Shown piece by piece: positions 39,284-48,021 of a stretch of 62,374 bases of DNA. The DNA is from a virus (Duplodnaviria > Caudoviricetes). How positions within the stretch are numbered: position 1 is the stretch's first letter; each line of letters begins with the position of its first letter. A model generated the notes under the pieces. The model made no database searches and was not told the DNA's origin. It saw only the letters and a list, made by a program, of their open reading frames with translations. Where the stretch lies: the IMG/VR virus record IMGVR_UViG_3300024249_000184, positions 1 to 62,374 of that record. The stretch is one strand, 5' to 3'. Made by a program: the position numbers and the translations under genes.

Positions 39284-39544
39284 ATGCAAAGTATATTGGT
39301 TTTTGGCGTAGTCAGTGCGGCAGTTTCATTACTGGTGCAATGGCTAAAGAATTTTAAATCCGACCGCCCGTCTTGGTTCAGCCAAGCGATTCTTATCGGG
39401 GTGTCTTTGGTTGGCGGGGGAGTATATCTTTATTTCCAAGCACATCAGGACTATTGGTTGCAGGTGGTCAAGGTTTTGGCTGGCGCGGACGTAATTTATT
39501 CGTTCGTGATCTCCAAATTTGAGCCGCCAAGCACGCCAGAATAA
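39284..39544 (+). CDS. putative holin
   Basis: 86 aa, 2-3 TM segments, VSLLVQWLK motif. Confidence 0.65.
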   Translation: MQSILVFGVVSAAVSLLVQWLKNFKSDRPSWFSQAILIGVSLVGGGVYLYFQAHQDYWLQVVKVLAGADVIYSFVISKFEPPSTPE

Positions 39545-39575
39545 AAGTCCATAGCGCTATTGTCTTTTCAAAATT

Positions 39576-39601
39576 GAGGCCGCTATGTCGGCCTCTTTTT
39601 T
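39576..39601 (+). terminator. intrinsic terminator
   Basis: GAGGCCG-CTATGT-CGGCCTC-TTTTTT. Confidence 0.85.
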
Positions 39602-39613
39602 GAGAGGAGGATT

Positions 39614-39757
39614 ATGGTGACGAACTTTTGCTGGAGGTTCTGTCATGCGTGCAAAAAGAAAACCCGCTGGTTAACTTTTTGCGATTTATTCTCAATGTGC
39701 GAGGAGTGCATTCGCGCCGAGACGGCTGATTTGGTAGCAGATAGAAACGAGGACTGA
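39614..39757 (+). CDS. 47-aa CxxC...CxxC zinc-binding protein
   Basis: GGAGG RBS; MVTNFCWRFCHACKKKTRW...MCEEC. Confidence 0.65.
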   Translation: MVTNFCWRFCHACKKKTRWLTFCDLFSMCEECIRAETADLVADRNED

Positions 39758-39767
39758 AAGGGGAAGT

Positions 39768-39962
39768 ATGGACAACGTGAAGAAAGTTTTAGGCGGCGGT
39801 CGCTTGTGCAATAGCTTGCAATGCAACCTCCGCTTGGCACCAGGAGAAGAAGCGCTGGAGGTGGACGGGAAAGTTTACCACTTGCGGTGCAACCCGCTGA
39901 AACAAAAACCAACCGTCAGAATTAAAGCGCTCACAGCGCCAGTCAATCAGTTTTTGCAGTAA
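39768..39962 (+). CDS. small Cys/His zinc-finger protein
   Basis: C-x4-C...YHLRC; AAGGGG RBS. Confidence 0.65.
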   Translation: MDNVKKVLGGGRLCNSLQCNLRLAPGEEALEVDGKVYHLRCNPLKQKPTVRIKALTAPVNQFLQ

Positions 39963-40092
39963 GGGGGTGATCTCAATTCTTGCTGGCCTAAACCGCCAGC
40001 CACAAGCTGACGCAACTGGACAAAAGCACCCACATAGAGGTGTTGTAAGCAAGAGGAGGCGTAGCCAAACAGCACGCCTCTTCTCCATTAAG

Positions 40093-40180
40093 AGTGGATA
40101 ACTTGAATATAGGCCGATAAACTGGCTTAAATAGGCCTATTGCGTAATTCCCCTATATAGGGCTATAATATCTTTGAAAG
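40093..40180 (+). promoter_or_regulatory. early promoter with perfect palindrome and boxA-like motif
   Basis: AGTGGATAA 40093-40101; TTGCGT 40140-40145; CCCTATATAGGG 40151-40162; TATAAT 40164-40169; ATCTTTGAAA right after. Confidence 0.7.
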
Positions 40181-40301
40181 CACTCGGAGGTCGAGGTGCA
40201 TTCACACCAAACTATATTACCACTAACATCATGCAAAACAATACGATGCAAAAAAATATTGTTAGAAATTAAAACCCTTATTTAAAATTGGGTTTTTTAT
40301 T

Positions 40302-40625
40302 ATGATAAATACACTTAAGTTTCAAGTAGAACAAATCCTCAGGGATTTTCCCGAATCGCGCAATAGCGATATTACTCTAATGATTGAATTGTGGAAGAGA
40401 TATTTTCCGCACTATATCAGAACAGGGACATCGGGCGAATTAGGTATTTGGCTTCAGGGGCTTTATGACCTGCCGCGGGAGGATGGTATCAGCAGATTGC
40501 GGAGGCTGATACAAAATGATGAGACTCGCATTCCCGAATTAAGGTTCTTGCCTACCTCTTGGGAAGTAGCACGCCAGCGGTCTATCAATGAAGAGACGTG
40601 GCGAATAGCAATGAGGCAACACTAA
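40302..40625 (+). CDS. hypothetical protein
   Basis: First ORF of the early operon. Confidence 0.7.
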   Translation: MINTLKFQVEQILRDFPESRNSDITLMIELWKRYFPHYIRTGTSGELGIWLQGLYDLPREDGISRLRRLIQNDETRIPELRFLPTSWEVARQRSINEETWRIAMRQH

Positions 40626-40634
40626 AATTAACTA

Positions 40635-40838
40635 ATGCAAAAAAATATGCAAATTGAAGAAATAATAGTACGTTCCTTGGATAACGGCTACACGGTCAAA
40701 GTTCATTCCAAGGAAGATAATAATTGGGGAGATATAAAAAACTTTATCGCCCCTAATATAGAAGCTGTCTTAAAAATAATTAACGAGTGGTGTTCAAAGG
40801 CGGAAGCCAGCAAGCCCACGGAACAACCCCCATTCTAA
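40635..40838 (+). CDS. hypothetical protein
   Basis: ORF in operon. Confidence 0.65.
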   Translation: MQKNMQIEEIIVRSLDNGYTVKVHSKEDNNWGDIKNFIAPNIEAVLKIINEWCSKAEASKPTEQPPF

Positions 40839-40839
40839 T

Positions 40840-41970
40840 ATGGAAAATAAAACATTATTCCCCCGCTCTAACGCTTGGACTATGGCGGGCGTATGGAATG
40901 CGGCGCTCGTTAGCAAAGAGGATAGACCAGCACAGGAACGCAGTCGGGTATGGGCAAGTGAGCTTGGCAAACCCAATATAGAGATATTCCTTAAAATGCG
41001 GGGCGTGCAACCGACCAACCCGCCAAACCCCCGCAGTAAGCGTAAATTTGAGGCAGGCAATATGTTTGAGTGGATAGTCGGGCTTGTCCTCAAGCGCGCG
41101 GGCATATTAAAGGAAAATCAAAAGTGGGTGGATTATACCTACCCTGGGCTAATACAGGTAACGGGCAAAATAGACTTCATAGCGGGTGGCGTGCCTGATT
41201 ACGAACATTACCGCGCCAATTTAGAGGCCTTGGAATTACCCGAATTCTTTATGACCGCTTCACAAGCGATTGTCGAACACTTCCAAAAGAATTATCCCGA
41301 TGGATTAGGCGACCTATTTTTGGAAATCAAAAGCTGTTCATCATTTATGATGGATGCTATGGAGCGAACGCAAAATGCTTCTAAAAACCACCGCCTACAA
41401 TTATTCCATTACTTAAAGGCTTGCAACTTTCCGAGAGGCAATATAGTTTATATTTGCCGAGACGACCTTAGAATGTTAGAAATTCCTGTAATCAATTCTA
41501 CCGATAATCCCGAAATGGCATCTGTTGAATCCGAATACAAAGAAGCGATTGAGCAGATCAGTGCATTCTATACTGCCCACAAGAATACGCCTTTAGAAAA
41601 GTTTTTACTTAAGCCCGATACATCGGACGAGCTTAAATGGAAATGGGTGCAATTAGATGGTCTGCCGACTCTAGAGCCTGTCATAGTATGGGATAAGGAT
41701 TTAAGAAAGTTCTCCCGTAATTGGGGTGTGGAATATTCTAGCTACCTTACAATGCTATACGGCTTTGAAAGCCAAAAACAATTTGAGGATATGGTTATGC
41801 CGATAGTAGCACGCTGGAATAGGGTTTTAGGCAGAGTGAAAGATAATGCCAAAATGACACCAAAAAATATTGATGTCATTAAGGAAATGCAATTTAACGG
41901 GTTCAAGGTCGAGGAACTCGCACCGCAGTATTCGGGAGGCGAAAAGGAAGAGGAAGAGGTGGCTGTATGA
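40840..41970 (+). CDS. Cas4/lambda-exonuclease-like PD-(D/E)XK nuclease
   Basis: WASELG, G..FE, GKIDF, LEIKS, QL.HY. Confidence 0.8.
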   Translation: MENKTLFPRSNAWTMAGVWNAALVSKEDRPAQERSRVWASELGKPNIEIFLKMRGVQPTNPPNPRSKRKFEAGNMFEWIVGLVLKRAGILKENQKWVDYTYPGLIQVTGKIDFIAGGVPDYEHYRANLEALELPEFFMTASQAIVEHFQKNYPDGLGDLFLEIKSCSSFMMDAMERTQNASKNHRLQLFHYLKACNFPRGNIVYICRDDLRMLEIPVINSTDNPEMASVESEYKEAIEQISAFYTAHKNTPLEKFLLKPDTSDELKWKWVQLDGLPTLEPVIVWDKDLRKFSRNWGVEYSSYLTMLYGFESQKQFEDMVMPIVARWNRVLGRVKDNAKMTPKNIDVIKEMQFNGFKVEELAPQYSGGEKEEEEVAV

Positions 41971-42110
41971 GTAAAAATCCTTATATCCGCAAACACGAAA
42001 GTTTGTCGAAAGGCGGACGCTCTAAATTCTTTTGCAAGCTTTGTCCCAAATGGTTTTACCGCAAGGACGAGGTTAGGTCGCATGTATTAACTCATAAAAG
42101 AAAGGTGTAA
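41967..42110 (+). CDS. 47-aa classical C2H2 zinc-finger protein
   Basis: F-x-C-x2-C-x3-F-x5-V-x2-H-x3-H; ATGA-coupled; below the ORF-track cutoff. Confidence 0.7.
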   Translation: MSKNPYIRKHESLSKGGRSKFFCKLCPKWFYRKDEVRSHVLTHKRKV

Positions 42111-42111
42111 T

Positions 42112-42246
42112 ATGGGATATGGACCCGATGACACGCAGGAAATGGAGGTCAGCATTACCTGCCCGCATTGTAAAGAAGATTTTGACCAAAAAGTAGAGGT
42201 CGGCATTTACTACAAGACCGATGTAGATGTCACACCAGTAGATTAA
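42112..42246 (+). CDS. 44-aa acidic CPxC protein
   Basis: RBS AAAGGTG; ITCPHCKE. Confidence 0.55.
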   Translation: MGYGPDDTQEMEVSITCPHCKEDFDQKVEVGIYYKTDVDVTPVD

Positions 42247-42263
42247 CTAACTAAACTATCAAT

Positions 42264-43088
42264 ATGCAAAATGATGTTTCAAGCAAGACGGGCGAAGGCA
42301 TTTACCGCCGAGCCGCTATGTCACTAAATGAAATTACCTTTAATGGTAATGATGGTATCTTTTTTGAAAGGGATAAGGATGCCAAAAAGGACGATAAAAC
42401 AAATAAATATCCTAAGACCCAAATTACTCAAGAGGGCGAGTCTATAAGCGTTGTATTCCTAAAAATTCGCCGTGTGCTGGCTTCATTCTCTAAAAAGGCT
42501 AGTATGAGGACTAACGAGCATAACCACAAAAACGAAACGGTTACGCTTTATAAGGCCGATGGCAAAGAATTTGGGCTGGCCAAGGACTTGCGCGATAAAT
42601 ACCCGCAGTTAAAAACCCAGCAAGTAGTTTATTGCTGGATACCAGGCGACAAGAATTTGACTGACGGCAGGATAGTTAGATTGGTGGTAAAGGGTTCATC
42701 GCTCGGTTCGGATTACAAACACGGCACGGAAGTTCTAAAATTTTACGATTATCTGCAATCATTCGCTAATGACGAACACTCCCACGAGTTTATAACAGAA
42801 CTCAAGCCCGTGAAAGAAGAAGGACCACAAGGCGATTATTACGCTATATCATTTGTTAAAGGTTGGAAATTGGATGAAGCTGAAGCCGAGTTTGTGGCCA
42901 CAACTATTGATGATATCCATGAAAGAATTACGGCTATTGATGATAGGCTTAAAGCCAATTTTGGTAAACCTATGGATGCGGCCGTGCCAGCGGATGCAAC
43001 AGTAGATGAGGACGTGGAAGATATCCCGACAATTCAGCAAGGCGATGATACTGGTTCTGATGTAGACGTTGACTCAATACCATTTTAA
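42264..43088 (+). CDS. putative single-stranded DNA-binding protein
   Basis: Next to the exonuclease; acidic tail ending DSIPF. Confidence 0.65.
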   Translation: MQNDVSSKTGEGIYRRAAMSLNEITFNGNDGIFFERDKDAKKDDKTNKYPKTQITQEGESISVVFLKIRRVLASFSKKASMRTNEHNHKNETVTLYKADGKEFGLAKDLRDKYPQLKTQQVVYCWIPGDKNLTDGRIVRLVVKGSSLGSDYKHGTEVLKFYDYLQSFANDEHSHEFITELKPVKEEGPQGDYYAISFVKGWKLDEAEAEFVATTIDDIHERITAIDDRLKANFGKPMDAAVPADATVDEDVEDIPTIQQGDDTGSDVDVDSIPF

Positions 43089-43103
43089 GTTTAGAATGGT
43101 ATT

Positions 43104-43475
43104 ATGTATAAAAGGTCTACTCAAGGCGAACTAAATAGACTGGCTTCACTACCGAAAGGTAAAAGCCATTGGCGTTGGTCGAAAACGCCTACTGTGTCTG
43201 CCATTCACCGATGGTTAAATAGATGGTATGGGCGAGCGAATAAATGCGAAAATAAAAAGCATGATAATAGTAAGCCTGTAAAGAAATTTGACTACGCACT
43301 TATTAAAGGCAAGCCCTACGCTAAAAATCGTAAGCATTTTAAAATGCTTTGTAGGGCTTGCCATATAAAATATGATTGGACAATACAGAGACAAAAAAAG
43401 GTTATCAAAAATCTTAATCGTAAGGGGTATATAAAAAAATATGGACGAACAATCGGAAATGTGGTCAGAGCATAA
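43104..43475 (+). CDS. HNH-like endonuclease
   Basis: H.WL...G.A..CE...D.A.I...LC..CH..YD. Confidence 0.65.
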   Translation: MYKRSTQGELNRLASLPKGKSHWRWSKTPTVSAIHRWLNRWYGRANKCENKKHDNSKPVKKFDYALIKGKPYAKNRKHFKMLCRACHIKYDWTIQRQKKVIKNLNRKGYIKKYGRTIGNVVRA

Positions 43476-43710
43476 AAAAGAACGACAGGCCAAGCGGTGG
43501 AGTAATGTTGAACAATCGCTTGGCCTCCTCGCCCGCAACGACATTGAATATGAAACCCTCAATGCCGACATAGCCCATTACAGGGTGGGGACGATTTCCT
43601 TTTGGCCAACCACGGGAAAATACTTTGATCCGAAATCTGGCATATCGGGTCGGGGCGTGCAAAATCTAATCAATATAATAAAAAACCATGACCATAAAAA
43701 AGTTTCTTGA
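43441..43710 (+). CDS. hypothetical protein
   Basis: FWPTTGK...GRGV..L motif seen in small phage proteins. Confidence 0.7.
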   Translation: MDEQSEMWSEHKKERQAKRWSNVEQSLGLLARNDIEYETLNADIAHYRVGTISFWPTTGKYFDPKSGISGRGVQNLINIIKNHDHKKVS

Positions 43711-43826
43711 AGAAAAATTAGAAAGTGCAAAAACTATGGTATCTTACCATGAAAAAAATCTGACCAAAGCTAAAGAGGAATTGTTCATGCTTGAGCAATT
43801 ATATTCACAATTAACGGATAAATAAA

Positions 43827-44015
43827 ATGCCGAAATTGGTAATAGACGAATATGTCCAAAAAGTCCAATGGGCTTTAAACGACTTAGAAAGTTTTGCTAC
43901 GGACTTAGAAAATCAAAATATTCAATTAATGGATGAAAATAAAAGTCTTCAAAAAGAATTAGACCAAGCCCAAGATGAAATTGAAACTTTGGCGTTTGGA
44001 GAAAAGGAAAAATAA
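43827..44015 (+). CDS. coiled-coil hypothetical protein
   Basis: Heptad pattern. Confidence 0.6.
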   Translation: MPKLVIDEYVQKVQWALNDLESFATDLENQNIQLMDENKSLQKELDQAQDEIETLAFGEKEK

Positions 44016-44019
44016 ATTT

Positions 44020-44208
44020 ATGGGATACCAAATTGAACAAGACCAAAAAGTTATAGAGGCGATGCACAGATACGGCGGTAGTTTTGTAAAATCTATTGCC
44101 ACCGCATTTGACCACGCCGACCATGTAAATTACGCAAAATTAAAAGCGGCTTTCCCCGAATATTGGAAACAATATAAGGCGATGGCAGAAAAGGCTGATG
44201 TCGTATGA
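44020..44208 (+). CDS. hypothetical protein
   Basis: M..YGGSF...IA.A...AD..N..KL..AFP.YW motif; ATG 44020. Confidence 0.7.
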   Translation: MGYQIEQDQKVIEAMHRYGGSFVKSIATAFDHADHVNYAKLKAAFPEYWKQYKAMAEKADVV

Positions 44209-44270
44209 ACTCGGAAGATTATAACAATTTAAGCACTGCCGAATTAGACGCTGAGGATGAAGACGAATCT

Positions 44271-44317
44271 TTATCCACAACCCCTTAGTTGCTTAATAAC
44301 CCTATATAAGGCATAAT
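44271..44317 (+). promoter_or_regulatory. DnaA box plus palindrome promoter of the replication operon
   Basis: TTATCCACA 44271-44279; TTGCTT-17 bp-CATAAT; CCCTATATAAGG 44300-44311. Confidence 0.7.
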
Positions 44318-44342
44318 AGCCTTATACATTAAATACAAAAAT

Positions 44343-45089
44343 ATGGCTCAACGTAGAATGTTTAGCTTGCAAATAGTGGATACCGATGCCTTTCTAGAGA
44401 TGCCGATGTCGTCCCAGCTTCTTTATTTCCACTTCGCAATGCGGGCTGACGATGAGGGATTTGTCGGCAATCCAAAAAAAATAATAAAAATGGTCGGCAG
44501 TAATGAGGACGATTTCAAAGTATTGATAGCCAAGAGGTTTTTACTGGCCTTTGAAAGCGGGATTGTGGTTATAAAGCATTGGCTTATCCATAACAGTATT
44601 CGTTTGGATAGGTTTAACCCAACCTCCCATCAAAAGGAAAAAGCCCAAATAAAGACCGCAGAAAATAAGGCTTATACCGAGGTGGATACCACTCGGCAAC
44701 CATCTGGCAACCAAAGCCTGCCTCAAGTTAAGTTAATTGAAGGTAATATAAGTGAAGTTAATTCAACCTTTGCTAAAGCAAAGGGGCGCAAGCGCCCTAG
44801 TGTGAAAAATCCAATTATTCAAAGTTTATGGGATTTTGGAAGAAACTTAGGATTTTCCACGGTCAATGAAAAAATGAATCGCTATGCTTTAAACCGCCTG
44901 CTTAAAAAGAAGAACTCCGAACAGTTAAAGAAGGCCGCCGAGTTTTCCCAAGAGATTAGGGAACAACCTTATGCGCCGCAAGTTAATAATTGGATTGACC
45001 TTGAACAGAAGTATTTAAAATTAAGGGACTTCGTGCAAAGGCATAACCGCAAACAGCAAGAGGTTTCGGAAAGGCATTTAAAGTTATGA
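44343..45089 (+). CDS. phage replication initiator (replisome organizer)
   Basis: MAQRRMFS..IVDTDAFLEMP.SSQLLYFH..MRADDEGFV N-terminus. Confidence 0.88.
   Translation: MAQRRMFSLQIVDTDAFLEMPMSSQLLYFHFAMRADDEGFVGNPKKIIKMVGSNEDDFKVLIAKRFLLAFESGIVVIKHWLIHNSIRLDRFNPTSHQKEKAQIKTAENKAYTEVDTTRQPSGNQSLPQVKLIEGNISEVNSTFAKAKGRKRPSVKNPIIQSLWDFGRNLGFSTVNEKMNRYALNRLLKKKNSEQLKKAAEFSQEIREQPYAPQVNNWIDLEQKYLKLRDFVQRHNRKQQEVSERHLKL
44684..44713 (+). repeat. three 8-mers at 11-bp period (candidate origin iterons)
   Basis: GGATACCA 44684, GGCAACCA 44695, GGCAACCA 44706; AT-rich stretch follows. Confidence 0.5.
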
Positions 45090-45358
45090 GTTTTTTGATA
45101 GTATTTTGGGATAAGTCTAAAATACAGATCAGCGATTCCACGGCCGAGAAGTTGAAAGAAGCGATTGGCGCGGAAAAAATTAAAACCTTTGAGATTGGTA
45201 GAAACCTTTACTCGGTATCGGCTGTTGAAAAAATAATCACTAAGGAAGATGCTTATGACACGTTCCCGAAAGAATGGGATAAATTACAAACAATGAAAGA
45301 CGAAGTCTTGCCGAAGGTATTGGATATCGGCGAAGGTAAAACATTAAAATTAAAGTAG
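45086..45358 (+). CDS. hypothetical protein
   Basis: ATGA-coupled. Confidence 0.7.
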   Translation: MSFLIVFWDKSKIQISDSTAEKLKEAIGAEKIKTFEIGRNLYSVSAVEKIITKEDAYDTFPKEWDKLQTMKDEVLPKVLDIGEGKTLKLK

Positions 45359-45362
45359 ATTT

Positions 45363-45581
45363 ATGAAAAAAGACATTTTGGAAAAGGCAACTGACCTGAA
45401 ACACAATATTGACCAGCTCGGCGGTATGATAAAAGCACTTGGAACTGGCGATCAATCCAATGATTCATTCTTTGGCACTATCGGAAGTTTTGCGGATATG
45501 CCCGAGGAGTTTAGAATTGAAGTTAAGGAATTGTGCGCGAAATATCAAACTAAATTAGAAAAGGAATTGGAGGCACTATAA
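45363..45581 (+). CDS. hypothetical protein
   Basis: ORF in operon. Confidence 0.65.
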   Translation: MKKDILEKATDLKHNIDQLGGMIKALGTGDQSNDSFFGTIGSFADMPEEFRIEVKELCAKYQTKLEKELEAL

Positions 45582-45964
45582 TGGCTTACAAAAGACATTA
45601 CGATGAGGAAGTAATATCTTCGCCGATTAACTGGCCGACCTATACTCGGGACGACTTGGATGCTTTCGCCGAGTTCCTGAAGAAATATAAAAATATTAAC
45701 GACGCGCGGGTAGCCGTGGGCGCTATGTCAAGGAAAATGCATTACGGCACGGTTATATACTGCGTGCTTGTAACTAAAACGGGCGAATGGCAAGGCCGTG
45801 ATGTTTATAAAAATCCGACTGAGTATGAATTGTTTGAGCATAAATTAAAGGCTTTGGAGCAAAGGGACGGCAAGCGCGAATACGCTCAAAAAATGGAAAT
45901 GGAAGGATTGAGTCACGCCGAACCGCCGCCGCTTAAATCTGAAGATTACGGGATACCTTTTTAA
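45581..45964 (+). CDS. hypothetical protein
   Basis: TAATG-coupled. Confidence 0.7.
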   Translation: MAYKRHYDEEVISSPINWPTYTRDDLDAFAEFLKKYKNINDARVAVGAMSRKMHYGTVIYCVLVTKTGEWQGRDVYKNPTEYELFEHKLKALEQRDGKREYAQKMEMEGLSHAEPPPLKSEDYGIPF

Positions 45965-45973
45965 TGATGCATT

Positions 45974-47101
45974 ATGAAACATTTAGATTTATTCAGCGGA
46001 ATTGGCGGATTTGCCTTAGCAGTAGATACCGTCTGGCCGAATAGCGAACACATATTTTGTGATAATGATTTATTTTGTCAGCAAGTATTAAAAAAGCATT
46101 GGCCTAATTCAAAAATTTATGGAGACATCAGACTTCTTGCCAACACCGAAGACCAACAACGAGAACTGGCAATGGAATGGAAGCAGGACGAGAAAAATTC
46201 CGTCTTTGGGGGAAAGGATACGATCCTCACGGGAGGATTCCCCTGCCAGCCTTTTTCCCACGCTGGGCAAAGAAAGGGCATTGATGATAATCGCTACCTC
46301 TGGCCAGAAATGCTTAGGGTTATACGAACTTTCTCGCCGACATGGGTCATTGCTGAAAACGTGCGTGGATTACTTACTCTCCAGCAAGGCGTGGTATTCG
46401 AGCAAGTGTGTAGTGACTTGGAAAGCTCAGGGTACGAAGTTCAGCCGTTTGTTATTCCAGCTGTTGCCGTTAACGCTCCGCACCGAAGAGACAGGGTCTG
46501 GTTTGTTGCCTACCGCAGACAGCAGTCAGAGGGGAACGAGAAAATCGGATTTAGTAACGGGCAACAACCAAGTAATGAGGCGAGGGAGCAAACAATTAAG
46601 GGGAATGGATTTGCAAACCAAGATATCAATGCTTCCGACCCCACAGGCCATAGACGGAAGCGGGAAAGGCCGAGCGTTGAGAATGAAAAAGGACACACCA
46701 CGAGATCCAAACAAAAAAGGAAGCTGGCGGGGCGATTTGAAAGACCACATAGCGATGTTGCCGACTCCAACAAGCGTGGATTACAAAAGTCGGGGGCCAA
46801 ACAGCAAGCAGGGCGGAATAGACCAGACAATAAAAATGCTTCCTACTCCGAGAGCGGCCAACCCAGGAAGCAGGCCGAATCAAAAGGGCGGGAAAATTTT
46901 GAACGAGGAAGTTGGGATCAAGAATGGCTTGAAGTTGCAACCCGCCTTTGTGGAATGGATGATGGGCTACCCGTCAGGCTGGACGGACTTGAACTTACCA
47001 AAGCAGGCCACCGCACTCAAAGGTTAAAGGCTTTAGGAAATAGCATCGTGCCACAAGTGGCAATAGAAATAATGAAAGCTATAAAATATGCAACTAACTG
47101 A
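45974..47101 (+). CDS. C5 cytosine DNA methyltransferase, alpha-type chain
   Basis: DLFSGIGG (I), GFPCQ (IV), ENV (VI), R.R.W (VIII), LGNSI (X); no recognisable TRD or motif IX. Confidence 0.92.
   Translation: MKHLDLFSGIGGFALAVDTVWPNSEHIFCDNDLFCQQVLKKHWPNSKIYGDIRLLANTEDQQRELAMEWKQDEKNSVFGGKDTILTGGFPCQPFSHAGQRKGIDDNRYLWPEMLRVIRTFSPTWVIAENVRGLLTLQQGVVFEQVCSDLESSGYEVQPFVIPAVAVNAPHRRDRVWFVAYRRQQSEGNEKIGFSNGQQPSNEAREQTIKGNGFANQDINASDPTGHRRKRERPSVENEKGHTTRSKQKRKLAGRFERPHSDVADSNKRGLQKSGAKQQAGRNRPDNKNASYSESGQPRKQAESKGRENFERGSWDQEWLEVATRLCGMDDGLPVRLDGLELTKAGHRTQRLKALGNSIVPQVAIEIMKAIKYATN
46119..47027 (+). CDS. nested +1-frame C5-MTase beta-type chain
   Basis: 302 open codons inside the MTase; repeated LPTP modules; C-terminal LQPAFVEWMMGYPSGWT (motif IX-like). 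Confidence 0.75.
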   Translation: METSDFLPTPKTNNENWQWNGSRTRKIPSLGERIRSSREDSPASLFPTLGKERALMIIATSGQKCLGLYELSRRHGSLLKTCVDYLLSSKAWYSSKCVVTWKAQGTKFSRLLFQLLPLTLRTEETGSGLLPTADSSQRGTRKSDLVTGNNQVMRRGSKQLRGMDLQTKISMLPTPQAIDGSGKGRALRMKKDTPRDPNKKGSWRGDLKDHIAMLPTPTSVDYKSRGPNSKQGGIDQTIKMLPTPRAANPGSRPNQKGGKILNEEVGIKNGLKLQPAFVEWMMGYPSGWTDLNLPKQATALKG

Positions 47102-47597
47102 AACAAAACGCCATCAAATTTGTGAAAAAGCCATAGAGCTTAAAAAGGATATTGAGTTTCGTTTTATTGAGCTAGGCGCATTGCTTTACCAGATTAGAGA
47201 GGAGCGTCATTACGAAGCGGGCTGGAGTTCATGGGAGGAATATGCGATGGAATTAAAAATGCGGACATCAACCATTTCGCGCCTTATCTCCATTTACGAG
47301 GAATTTGTGCTAAGGTTCAAAATTCCGCATGCGGAATTAGCTTCGGCTGGCGGCTGGTCGGTATTGGCTGAAATATTGCCTGACATCAATGAAACTACCA
47401 CCAAACAAGAGATTACGAGCTGGTTGGGCGAAGCAAGCCAGTTAGCCCGCCCCGACCTGCGTAGGGCAATAACTGAACGCAGGAGGGGCGTGGATATGGC
47501 TAAGTGCGCCCATAAAGATACTTATACCATTAAAATATGTCGCACTTGCGGCGAGAAATGGACAGAGCATGGTAACCAAAATAATAAAAAAGGATGA
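47088..47597 (+). CDS. hypothetical protein
   Basis: G..L..IR....Y...W.SWEEY pattern; C-terminal C.H...C..C. Confidence 0.7.
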   Translation: MQLTETKRHQICEKAIELKKDIEFRFIELGALLYQIREERHYEAGWSSWEEYAMELKMRTSTISRLISIYEEFVLRFKIPHAELASAGGWSVLAEILPDINETTTKQEITSWLGEASQLARPDLRRAITERRRGVDMAKCAHKDTYTIKICRTCGEKWTEHGNQNNKKG

Positions 47598-47719
47598 CGA
47601 CCCCATAGCATTACGTGCCAGTATCGGCGGAAAGCCTGAAATTGGTTTCTACTGTGTATTTCGGGGTAACAAGCCTGATGTAATAGAAATGCTGGAAAAA
47701 GTAATTAACGATTTAAAAA

Positions 47720-47911
47720 ATGGAAGTTAGAGAATTTGCTTTTGGCACAAGGTCAATTATTAGGGTCTTGCCCGAAAGTTTTGGGGAGAAAATTTGGTGG
47801 GAAAATTCTTTATCAAACCGCCAAAGAAAAATGGCCATTGATAATATGCTTAGACAATATTACCGCTATGGAATTAAAAAGTTTTCCAATGATAACCTCA
47901 ATAACCGCTAA
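47720..47911 (+). CDS. hypothetical protein
   Basis: ORF in operon. Confidence 0.5.
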   Translation: MEVREFAFGTRSIIRVLPESFGEKIWWENSLSNRQRKMAIDNMLRQYYRYGIKKFSNDNLNNR

Positions 47912-48021
47912 ATGTCGGCGTTGTCAAAAAATCCATACTTGGACTCATTTTGCAAGCTATGAAATGTTGCAAAGGATAATCAGAGAAGGTCATAAAATAT
48001 TAACCATTAATGGAAAAGTTT

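Noticed and set aside
39789-40088. 99-aa minus-strand ORF as a real gene
   Set aside because: It overlaps an SD-led + strand zinc-finger gene and hairpin-rich DNA, and has no motif.
40840-41970. CRISPR-associated Cas4
   Set aside because: No cas1/cas2 or array, and no four-Cys cluster; its position next to an SSB fits a recombination exonuclease.
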